The translations under genes and the position numbers were made by a program. The notes below the pieces were generated by a model. The model saw only the letters and a list, made by a program, of their open reading frames with translations. It had not been told where the DNA came from and did no database searches. Source: Lama guanicoe (lineage: Eukaryota). From it: a stretch of 64,000 bases of DNA. Positions 52,759-64,000 of this stretch are shown here, piece after piece. Position 1 is the stretch's first letter, and each line of letters opens with the position of its first letter. The stretch lies in the NCBI GenBank assembly GCA_013239625.1, contig MU053487.1, forward strand, positions 3,493,058 to 3,557,057, in the 5' to 3' direction.

Positions 52759-54669
52759 CTGTGGGCAGGACTGCGGGCATGAGCGCGGGCCGTGCAGCAG
52801 CCTCTAGCCTCGGGCCCAGAGTCTAGAGGAGCCTGGGGCTCCCTGAGGGGAGGTGTCCATTGTACACCTGGGGAATCTAAGCCCAGGTGGAGGAGAACCT
52901 GCCATGAAGGTCACCTAGGGCCAGTCAGGGATGAGCTGAGGCCAGAACTCAAGGCTCCTGGGTCTGTGATTCTGATCTGTTGGAGTCTAGGGCAGGGCTG
53001 CAGGGTTGGGAAGGGGTTCTGGGAAAACTCTGGGGATAAGGCAGGCATCCGCGTGGAAATAAAGCAGACATGGGGCACAACATGGACGCACACTGGGACA
53101 TGGACACACAGTGGCAGTTGGGCACATGCAGAGGGAACAGGCGTGCCACACCCGAACAGTCAGAAGCAGGGTCACAGGCACACAGGCACAAGGTCAGACA
53201 CACAGAGGACAGGCCAGCAACCCAGCCCACATTTCTCGCCTGATTCATCTGGGTGCTGATGTGATGCACAGAGCCTAGAACAAGAGTGAGAAGGTGCTGG
53301 GACCTTCCCAGCCTCGCCAGGCAGGGTTCTGCCGCTCTGATCTCGCATAACCTGATTATAGAGTATGTGTGGGTGTCCTTATGAGTGTCCGCGTGTGTCA
53401 CAGGTGGGCGCCAGCATACAGGGTGCGGTAGTTCAGCCTGGTCCCCCTCTTTGGGCCAGCACACCCATCTCTAGCTGCCATGAACACTGTTTAACACTGA
53501 ACCCCTTCTCCAGAAAACTGTCTTTAGTCAGGGACCCGACATCCCTGGAAATGGCTTGGGGGTTACAACCCAAGCCTGGGGTAGCTGACACCCAGTGACC
53601 GAATGATCCGGAGGAGAGCAAGCTGAGGCTAGGAGCCAGCCAGACGCCGCCTGGAGCTGCTGCTTTTGCCTCATCCTGCTTCTCTGGCTTCCTTACAGGT
53701 CTCTCCTGAGAGCTCTCCCTCAGTGAATCACGCGCACAGGAAGCCAGGCTGAGGCTCTGCTTTTAGGGACCCACCTAATGACACATGTGGCACGGGAGGG
53801 TGCTGTGAAGGAAGGGCAGCCTCCCTCTGCTTCGGATTCCGTATACATCCCCCAGCTGTTGGCCACCTCATGCTGCTCAGGCTCCAGCTCCACTCTGGGG
53901 CACGCTGGCCTCCTTCTCTTTCCTTCGATGACTCGCGGTGGTCTCAAAGTCCTCTTTAACCTTGAGGTTTGTGATGAGGAAGGACTGGATTCCCGGGAGA
54001 TGGTAGATGCTCCTGGGTACAAGGTGGCCCTGGGGGGTCTCCGTGGTCCCCATGGCTTTGAGGGTCACGCCCTTCTCCCAGATTTGCTGTGAGGCACAGC
54101 CAGAGGGCTTCACATGGGCTTTCTTTTCTGACACAGGTGCTGCCTTAGGTGCGCGGGGCTGTCATGCGGGACAAGTTCTCAGGATCCCGCTGCAGGTGAG
54201 ATGAGGGGGGTCCTTCTCCCAGACTGTCTCACTCTCCCTTTTACGGGTCCCACGGTGAACTGACCGCAAGAGGTGAAGAAGTTACAAAACTCATTCAAAG
54301 GTCAGCATTCTAGACCAGGAGCCCCTTCTGTTCGTGATGCTCTGCCCCTCTTGGGTATTCCTCTTCCCACGTGCCTTCGTGTGTCAGACCCTCCAGGGGA
54401 GACGCATGGCCTGCATAGTCCGGACAATGTCTCCATCACGACCTTGTGCGCCCAAACTGGCCATGCTCACAAAGCCTCCCGGGGGTCCACCCCATGAAAG
54501 GAACAAGGCGGAGGAGAAATGTTCTGCTGGAGCTGTCACAGCTGCAGGACCAAGGGCTGAGGTCCGGCTGCAGAACGAGGGCCCCCGGCGCTGTCTCTGA
54601 ACACGTGGCCTCCATCTTCCCAGTGAGGTGGGATGTGGGGCGGGGGGCAGTCAGCAGTGCCACTGCCCG

Positions 54670-54965
54670 GTTAGCTCAGGGGATGCAAACTCAAAGGGGG
54701 CCAGGCTGGAGATGGAATGAAGTCAGGCAGGTGGGGTCTGGCAAACTGGAGCGCTCTGGCCGGTGTCGAGAAGGCAGTTACCATTTGTCTCCAGCAGGGT
54801 GGCTCTTCTAATTTTTTTTCAAGAGAAGCCAGAAATGCAGATTTTTTTTTTTTAAAAAAAAACCACACAAAAGCTCTAGGTTTTAAATGTTGGTGGTGAA
54901 TTCAAATTAAAACACTTTTATGTCCAGAACAAACCCTTGCAAGCAGGCCTCACACTTGTGGCCTG
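54670..54965. mobile_element. MER102-like hAT remnant
   Basis: ttttcaagagaagccagaaatgcagattttt...ttttaaatgttgg; opposite orientation to the copy at 1670-1960. Confidence 0.5.
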
Positions 54966-55356
54966 TTTTTGTCCAGGTGAGAAGCAGCTGGTGGCTCATG
55001 TGCCAAGAACTTGTTCTCAGAGCTCCCCAGTGTCCCCTGGGATGAGGTCGTTCACAGGACAAACACTTGCCAACAGGACCAAAGCACAGGAACCATGTGA
55101 GGAGGGGGTGAGCACAGGGAGACCTGGGGTTAGTCCTGCATCTCGGTCCTGGGCGGGCTGCTTCCAGAATTTCCCCATGGCCCTGGGCCCCCCGCCATCC
55201 CTCCACTGTCAGGACAGGGCTGCCCGTGCTCCCCTCTGCACATGGGTCTCCCACGCTGCCTGCAACAGCGGCTGTGGTTCCCATCAGCAAACTCAGGCCT
55301 GGCTCCAGCCCCAGCGGCAGTGCCCCACCGGCTTCAGGGACAAAGGTGCGCGTTAC

Positions 55357-55518
55357 CTCACTGCACCCTGGGGCCCGGGCCCCTGCTCTCCGCTGCTGCC
55401 GCAGGTCTGCCGGAGCCGCACTGGCCTCGGCCCTGGAGGAGGTGGTCTCTGACACCTGGCTCCAGGCCCTGGGCTGTGGGAGGGCCTCAGGGCCGCAGGA
55501 CACAGGCTGGGATTCCTG
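55357..55518 (-). CDS. SCN5A: SCN5A exon 18 (DII-DIII linker), 162 or 159 bp via CAGCAG acceptor
   Basis: (Q)[53 protein letters not shown]. Acceptor ttcagCAG|GAA, donor gtaacg. Confidence 0.92.
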
Positions 55519-56344
55519 CTGAAGAGACCCCCCAGCCCATGAGCTGCCAGGCCAGAGTGTTTCCAGGACCCTGGCTCTGCTTCAAACCCTGCCCATGCAG
55601 TGGGGGTACTGCCTTCTGCCCTCTTCATGGGGCCTCATCTCACTGAAGACCCCTCCCTCAGGGATCCTGAATGAGTGACTGGCAGGCTCCTGATAGGTCC
55701 AGGCAAAAGGTAAAGTCCTGGCCTGCCCAGCACACATCACCCGCTCCTCGCGCTCCCTGAAGGGTGCAGCTCCTAGATGCTGGCATCTCCACTTCAGAAG
55801 GACATGCTGACATCCCCTGTGAGTTCCCATGGCACCCCAGCTTGCTTGCTTGTGCCTGCGTGCACATACACACACACACACACTCAGGCCCCAGGGAGCT
55901 AGAGCCAACAGGCTCGAGAGAAGGAGAGGAGGAAAAGGAGGGGCAGCCGGAATTCCACTCCTGTGCCACGAGCACCCCGGAGCTGATTGGAAGCCGTGGT
56001 CCTGGCAACGCCGACGCTCCCCCTCCCCCAGCTGACACCATGGCTGTCCCACAGCCTGACTGAAAGGGCAGAAGCTGGCCTCTGGGACCACAGCGGGGCA
56101 GGAGGATGTGGAACCGAGCCTGGAGCCTCAGATCAAATTCCACGCAGGGGAGCAGCTGCTCTTTTCAGCCAGGCCCACCCAGTGCAGGCCCCAGGGAAGC
56201 GGCCAGGTTGGGCCCAACGAAACAGAGAACCAGTCCTCACTGTTTGACCTAAGACCTAAGGGGAAGCCATCTCAGCCTAGCTCAGGCCATGAGAAAAATG
56301 AGGGGGTGGGGTGGGGTACTGTCTCTTTGTTCAGACGCTAGTCC

Positions 56345-56423
56345 TAAGTGTTAAAAATAACAGGTTGGGAGATAAGATAGTGCTGTCTCTAACACCTGCC
56401 ATCTTAGGGGTGCTTATTTTTAA
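56345..56423. promoter_or_regulatory. Candidate cardiac enhancer core in SCN5A intron 17
   Basis: TAAGTG, TTAAAAATAA, AGATAAGATAG, TAACACCT and TTATTTTTAA within 80 bp. Confidence 0.65.
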
Positions 56424-56880
56424 ATCTCAGAATTAGCCCTGGGCCTGGGAGGAGGGGAAGGGGCAGTGAGGAGGTCAGAAGACCACAGTCCTCCCTCACC
56501 AAGACATTCCACTGTTAGTTCTCAGGGGGGGGGTCAAGGGGCTGGGGGCCACAGGTTCTGGCTCTCTCTAGATGCATGAGGAACTCCTAGCAAGTCTCTC
56601 TCGCTGTGCCTCAGTTTCCCTTTCTGTACAATTAGCTACCTGTGACCAGCCAGGGAATGAATGATGGACAGTAGCCCCTTCCGAGATGACTTCCTGGGCT
56701 GGGCAGAGAGGGTTGGGAACTGGTCTCCATGAGGCTGGTTCTTGGGGCATGGCCTGTCCTCTACCTCCAGGCCACTCCTGCTGGGGCAACTGCTCTGAGT
56801 GAGGCTGGGGTCCCTGGACAGCAGAGCCCTGGGCCCTGGACAGTGCTACATACACGAGGAGGGTTGGGTTGGAGGCTCAC

Positions 56881-57321
56881 CTGCTTGCTGGACTCCTCCC
56901 CTGTGCTCAGACTGTTCTCCTCATCCTCCTCTTGGTCATCCGTGTCTGACTCGGCCACGGCGATGGGCACGCACACAGGCTCTGGATCCTCAGGCGTGCC
57001 CTGGCCGGGCCGCTGGCCTTCCTCAAACCGTGTCTCCTTGTGGGCCAGGGGTGCCTTCTCTGTCCCTGGGAGTGGTGGGGGGCTGGAGGTGGCCACGCAG
57101 CTGGGCAGCTGGCCCTGGGTGGCGAGGGCCGCGGGCTTCTGAGGCCGCCGCTGCAGGAGCCCACAGCAGAAGTCCCAGGTGGTCCTCTTGATGAAGCGCA
57201 GGCCCCGCTGGATGCGGGCCAGGGCCAGCTGGAGGTTGTTCAACTCCCCGTCCTCGTCGGGGGCTGTGAGGTTGTCTGCACTGAAGGAGCTGAGCAGCAA
57301 AGCCAGGAAGAGGTTCAGGAC
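56881..57321 (-). CDS. SCN5A: SCN5A exon 17 (DII S6 end and linker with ankyrin-G motif), 441 bp
   Basis: [18 protein letters not shown]...VPIAVAESD...EESSKQ. Acceptor cag, donor gtgagc. Confidence 0.97.
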
Positions 57322-58649
57322 CTGGGGAGACAACGCCGTGCCCTGGGTGCTCAGCCTTGGCCAGAATGGGGGCGCCGAGGCCCGGGGACCTTAAGGACTG
57401 CCAGAGGCAAACAGCTCTAGACTCGAACCCCGGGCGCTCATCCTAACCCCCACACTCTTGAATAGAGAGTTTGGCTGTAAAAGGAAAGACAGATTCTCAT
57501 TCCTCCTCCCAAGGGCCCAGACACAGCCTGTGGGGTCAAAAAGGGAGCTTCAGAGGCTCGAGGGGAAAGCTGCAGCCGTGTGGCAGACAGAACTGAGAGA
57601 GACGAGCACCGGGGTCCCTGCGACCTCCAGCCCGAGACGCGAGCTGGTGGGAGTGGGCTGGGCTGGTGGGTGGTGAACGAGCCCAGGGAGAGGGCTGGGG
57701 CTGACTGCGTGGAGGCAGCCTCAGGGAGCTGGTGTGTGGTGCAGGCTGAGGCTGCAAGTGTGTGCAGAACAACCTGGGACCCCCATAAAAAGCACCACTA
57801 CTGGTGAGTGTTGTCGGGGGAGCGCGGCGCGAAGCAGCCCGGCCACGGCAGCCATCTCCGCCAGCCCAGAGCTGCGTTGCTCGGCACCTTTGTCGGTGCA
57901 AGAGCAAGAAGACAGGTAGGGTTGAGACACAGCCATCTCCTCTGCTTGCTCGGGCCCTGGTGTGCGGCTCCTGGGCAAAGGCAGGGCTGAAACCTGAATC
58001 CATACCCAGGGGGCCTGCAGTTTCCAAGGCAGGAATGACATTTGATTATAGCCCAAGGCAGAGGTGGCAGATCTGCTCCACTGGCACTTTTGTGGACCTG
58101 TGTCTCTGAGACAAACGAGCGGAGTTCTGGTGCACGGTGGGGGCAGCGGGCCTGCCTGACCTTGTGGCGCACTACGGCAGAGCCTAGCACCTGTTGGTGG
58201 ATCTGCAAGGTGGCTCTGGGTGCAGCACCAGGGGGACACCAGGGCAGGTGGCTGACATTTCCACGGCTGAGGTGGGGACAAGGCAGCATCAATAAACTGT
58301 ACTTTGTAAACCCGCATAACAAGTAACAGACACCACCACAGAGGGCACTCCCCGGTGGACATGTCCTGCAGAGGAACACTCAGTGGCTCTTCTTCCAATG
58401 GAAGCTCTCGAATCCTGCCTACCACACACCGCAGATCAGAAGCGGGTCTGGAAGCCTCTATTCCAATGACGGGGAGCAGACCCAGCCTGTCAGGGCTATG
58501 ACAACCACAGGGCCAAAAGGAGGCCTCGCTCAACAACCAAGGCCTGCTCTGGTCACCACAACACTAACCACACCCCCAATCAAGGGGCTAACAGCCAGCA
58601 CTTGCAGAGGAAAGATGTGGCAATCACCCGTAATAAAAACAGCTCCCAC

Positions 58650-59557
58650 GACAAAATAACACCATTCGCAGCAACATGGATCGACCTAGAGATCGTTACT
58701 GGGGGAAAGGGGGTGGAAGGGATAAATTTGAGGGTTTGAGATTTGCAAATGTTAGCCACTATATATAAAACACAGATTAAAAAGCAAATTTCTCCTGTAT
58801 AGCACAGGGAACCATATTCAATGTCTTGTAACAACCTTTAACGAAAGAGTATGAAAACCAATACGTGCATGAATATGCATGACTGGGACACTGCTGTACA
58901 CCAGAAATTGATACATTATAACTGAGTGTAATTCAATTAAAAAAAAAAATCAAAGCTAGAGAATTCTCCCAGACTTCAGACAATACTAGAGCTATAGTAA
59001 TCAAAACAGTGTGGTATTGGCACAAAAACAGACACATGAATCAATGGAACAGAATAGAGAGCCCAGAAATAAACCCACAGACTTATGGGCAATTAATCTT
59101 TGACAAAGGGGGCAAGAATATACAATGGAGTAAAGACAGTCTCTTCAGCAAATGGTGCTGGGAAAACTGGACAGCAGTATGTGAGTCAATGAAGTCAGAA
59201 CACTCCCCCACACCATGCACAAAAATAAACTAAAAAAGGCTTAAAGACTTGAATATAAGACTAGACACAGTAAACCTCTTAGAAGAAAACATAGGCAAAA
59301 CATTTTCTGACATAAATCTTAGCAATGTTCTCCTAGGGCAGCCTACCCAGGCAACAGAAGTAAAAGCAAAAATTAACAAATGGGACCTAATTAAACATAA
59401 GCTTTTGCGCTGCAAAGGAAACTATAAGCAAAACAAAAAGACAACCTATGGACTGGGAGAAAATATTTGCAAGTGATGAGACTGACAAGGGCTTAATTTC
59501 CAGAACATATTAACAGCTCATACAATTTAATAACAAAAAAACAAATAACCCCATCCA
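58650..59557 (+). mobile_element. Composite L1: 3' end with poly(A) (58650-58949) followed by a more 5' ORF2 segment (58950-59557)
   Basis: First part matches the 3' UTR of the other young L1s. Second part encodes [22 protein letters not shown]...[11 protein letters not shown]. Confidence 0.85.
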
Positions 59558-61320
59558 CTGGACACCTGATCTGAGCCCCTGCTGTGGACTCAGACACGCC
59601 AGTCAGCGAGCTGGGGATGAGAATTCTGGTGAAAGCAGTGGGTAAGGTAAGGTTGGGGTGCCAGGCCTCAGAAACTTGCCTTTGGTTTAAGAAAACACGC
59701 ATTCACGTGGACAGTATGGGAAGGTTAAGAAGTGGGTACTCCCGTTTTGTCTCTACAGGGAGGTGATCACTTTTGACACCTGGCGGCCTTTTTTTGTCAT
59801 CACTGGCGGGTGGGGCATGTGATGTGATTCAGTTGCTGTCCACATGGACCTCTGGTCTGGCCTGCCTCTGTCCCCGGTAGCCTACCCTGAATCCTCCCCA
59901 ACATCCCTCACTCACGCCCGGCCTCATATCCCCTGGCCTCCAGGCATCTGCAGCCAGGCCGGGGGCAGGGCGGGGGGGGGGCCTGGGCAGCCTTGTCCAC
60001 CCACCGAGGACATTAGGGCCTCCCCTGTCCCCGGCTTCAGAAGTTTGGCTGCTGCCAGTGCTTTCCCCGTCAATCACGCTGCTGCTCCCCAACCCCTGCC
60101 TGATCATCACTTCCCATTTCAATGGCAATCTTGCTTCCACCCACGCCCGGCAGAGGCCCAGTTCCTGAGGCGGCCAGGGAGGGGGCTGCGTGGGCTGCGT
60201 TAGCTTTCCTCCTCCAACAGCCTCTAATCTTCTCATCCCCAGGCAGATCCGCTCGGAAATCGCAGGCTGCGTGTGCGTGAGGGCAGCTCTGCCTGGCCCT
60301 GGGCCGAGAGCTCCAGGTACTTGTATCCTCCTTAGAACAGAGTGTGGTGCCCCCAGGCTGGGCCAGGGGTGAGTGAGGGGCACCCCAACGGGCACCAGGT
60401 TTGAGGGGAGGGAAGGGGGGTTGCGAGGCCAGCCAAAGCTGGGTTCCATCAGCACTGTGCACCGATGCCTGCTTCCTCTCTGGGCTCCCTTCACCTGTGG
60501 GGCCTGAGGGAGACTGGCCCCACCCTTGCCTGGTTAAGGCACGTGAGAGGAGAAAGCAGGCAGGTTTGCAGAAAGGCTCTGGAATCTGCAGCCCACAGTA
60601 CTCATACCACCTAAACCTCTCTACGAGCTGACTTGAGCCTCTACTGCCCACACCAGTGGGACCCAGACCATGCAGGGGCGATGGAGCATGTGTGGTCCCC
60701 CTGTGTTCCCCAGAAAGGTGGCTGCATGTCCACAGCGGACACTGACTTCTCCCTGAACCATTGACTCATCCCTACCCTTCTCTGGCATTCAGGTTTTGAT
60801 CTCCCTCAACTCCAGAATTCCCCACACTGTAAAGACACAAGGCAAGATGCACCTGCTCTGGGACAGACAGGTGGTCATGGGCACCAAGGCCTGGGCCCTT
60901 CTTGACAGGATGGCAGGGACTCCCACCACAGCTACCCAGAGTGACATAAAAGGCTCCTACGGGCCCGCCTCACCTGGACCACCACCTGCTGGCATCTGTG
61001 CTTTGCTCTTCCTGTTCCTTCCCTCTCTAGTATCACCTGTCAGGTCTGCTCCAAATCCACGCCTTCAGGAAGCCTTCCTTGATTTCCCCAGCTGAAGAGG
61101 ATAAGCGCCCATGGACTCCTCCTTAATGGCTCTGACTATTTTGACCAGCTTGAAAGTCATCTTAGGCCTGTTTGCACTCTCCACCTCCTCACTCTCTCAA
61201 GTTGGTGAGAAATGTCAGGGCCACGGTGTGCCTAACACAGCATCTGGCACAGTATTTTGCATGCAACATGGGTCTCAGCAAAGTTTGTTGGGCTGAATTT
61301 AAAAACCAGGTGATAAATCA

Positions 61321-62100
<780 letters not shown>

Positions 62101-62439
62101 CTAGTTCCTGCCTGAAAACCTAGGGAGCCCTTAGAGGTCACATACACCTGTTTCCCCCTTTTCTCTCCAGAGCTTCATAGGCTCTGCCCTAGGAGTCAGG
62201 TCAAAAGCACCAGACTCTTCTCCGCAGTTCAGCCCTTCTCTTTCCCCCACATCAGCCTTCTACCCACCTTGATCTCACTTCCAGGAACCTCCCAGTAGAC
62301 TCCCCCCGTCATAAAGTGTCCCTCTTCCAGGTCCTTCCTCGTCAAGTATCCTTCCAGGCCAGCTCTAAGCATCCCTGACATGCCCAGTTGCCTCCATCTT
62401 TCTCTCCTCAGTCATCATCATGACAGAGAAAGGGAGCTG

Positions 62440-62620
62440 GTGCTTAGCATTTATCAAACACCTATACTGTGCCAGGCCTGGAGCTTAGGATGAATCAATT
62501 CATGGCACTATTATTACTTCATTTGGCAAATGAAGAAGCCAAGCCTTAAAGGTACAGTAACTTGTCTAAGTCCCTTGGCTCATGGCAGTGGAGTCGGAAT
62601 TAGAACCCACAGCCTGGGCT
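62440..62620 (-). mobile_element. MIR SINE
   Basis: agcatttatcaaacacctatactgtgccaggc...catttggcaaatgaagaagccaagcc...ggaattagaaccca. Confidence 0.7.
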
Positions 62621-62729
62621 CTCTCTTCTCCCCTACCATCCTGTCTTCCTAGCCTCAAGTGAAGCCACCTCCTCCAGGAAGCCCTCCCCGACCTGCCTCC
62701 AGTCCCACATCTAGACCCCTCAGACATTT

Positions 62730-62855
62730 TGAACTCCAAGTGTGGTCCACAGACCCGTAGCTTTGACATCATCTGAGACCTGCTGAATTGGCATCTGCAG
62801 TTTAACAAGATCCCCAGGCAATTTGTGTGTGGATTTAAGTTGCAAAAATGCAGAT
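62730..62855. mobile_element. MER5A-like hAT remnant
   Basis: caagtgtggtccacagacc...ctgcagtttaacaagatccccagg...aagttg. Confidence 0.65.
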
Positions 62856-62938
62856 TCCAAAATCTGCAGGTAACGTTATAAAGGAGCTGTCGGCAGACTT
62901 GGTTCCACCTGATACTTGCCATGTGGCTGTGGGGCTTA

Positions 62939-63613
<675 letters not shown>

Positions 63614-64000
63614 TCAGCCAACTCCATTGTTCCCCAGGTGTGACCTGCCAGTCTGGGCCTCAAAAACGACTGGTGCCACTGGTGGCTCCACAGGGACTCA
63701 GCGCTGGGAGGCACCTGGGATCAGGGGAGGCTGAAGGCGGGCTGTGACCTGCCCCAGCTCCAAGTCCCTTAGAGTCTGCGTTACCCAAGGACGTTTCCCC
63801 TGCTCCACACACGCCAAATACCACACTCCCGCAAACATGCCTGCCTTCATGGTGCGGGGCCTTTTCCCGCGCTGTTCCCACTTCCTTCCTGGCCACCTGC
63901 TGACTCTTCTCACTGTGATAATAATCAGCCACTATCTCTGAGGGCTTGATTATATGTTAAGAGCAGGGCTAGAGTGCTTTGTGTATGTTGCTTCTTTTGG

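Noticed and set aside
53075..53135. Short degenerate direct repeats (acatggac.cacac) as an array
   Set aside because: Only two or three imperfect units of CA-rich low complexity; not CRISPR-like and not a clear minisatellite.
59774..59800. GC-rich stretch followed by a T-run resembling a bacterial terminator
   Set aside because: Eukaryotic intron and no convincing stem; the overlapping TGACACCT/CTCF-like match alone is too weak to call.

Overview
Mammalian genomic DNA at the EXOG-SCN5A locus, most likely a camelid (three copies of a short tRNA-Ala-derived vic-1-like SINE; I recognised no Alu, B1/B2 or ruminant/pig SINEs). The + strand carries the end of the long last intron, the terminal coding exon (10160-10621) and the 3' UTR of EXOG. 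The - strand carries SCN5A (cardiac sodium channel Nav1.5) exons 15-28 in human numbering, all with intact reading frame and splice sites, plus a ~2.2 kb 3' UTR ending near AATAAA at 27874-27879. The two genes converge across a ~15 kb gap. Much of the rest is L1, L2, MIR, MaLR LTR, hAT and SINE repeats. I found no wholly new biological system. The most notable signals are: an AT-AC intron without U12 signals whose nearby GT/AG pair could rewrite two residues next to the IFM gate; a dense NKX/MEF2/GATA/T-box cluster in intron 17; cardiac-type motif clusters and CTCF sites between the genes; a small TSD-flanked retroposed antisense-L1 RNA fragment; and an SVV rather than SIV C-terminus. Exon numbers, repeat family names and cross-species comparisons are from recall, not database searches. 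Repeat boundaries are approximate.
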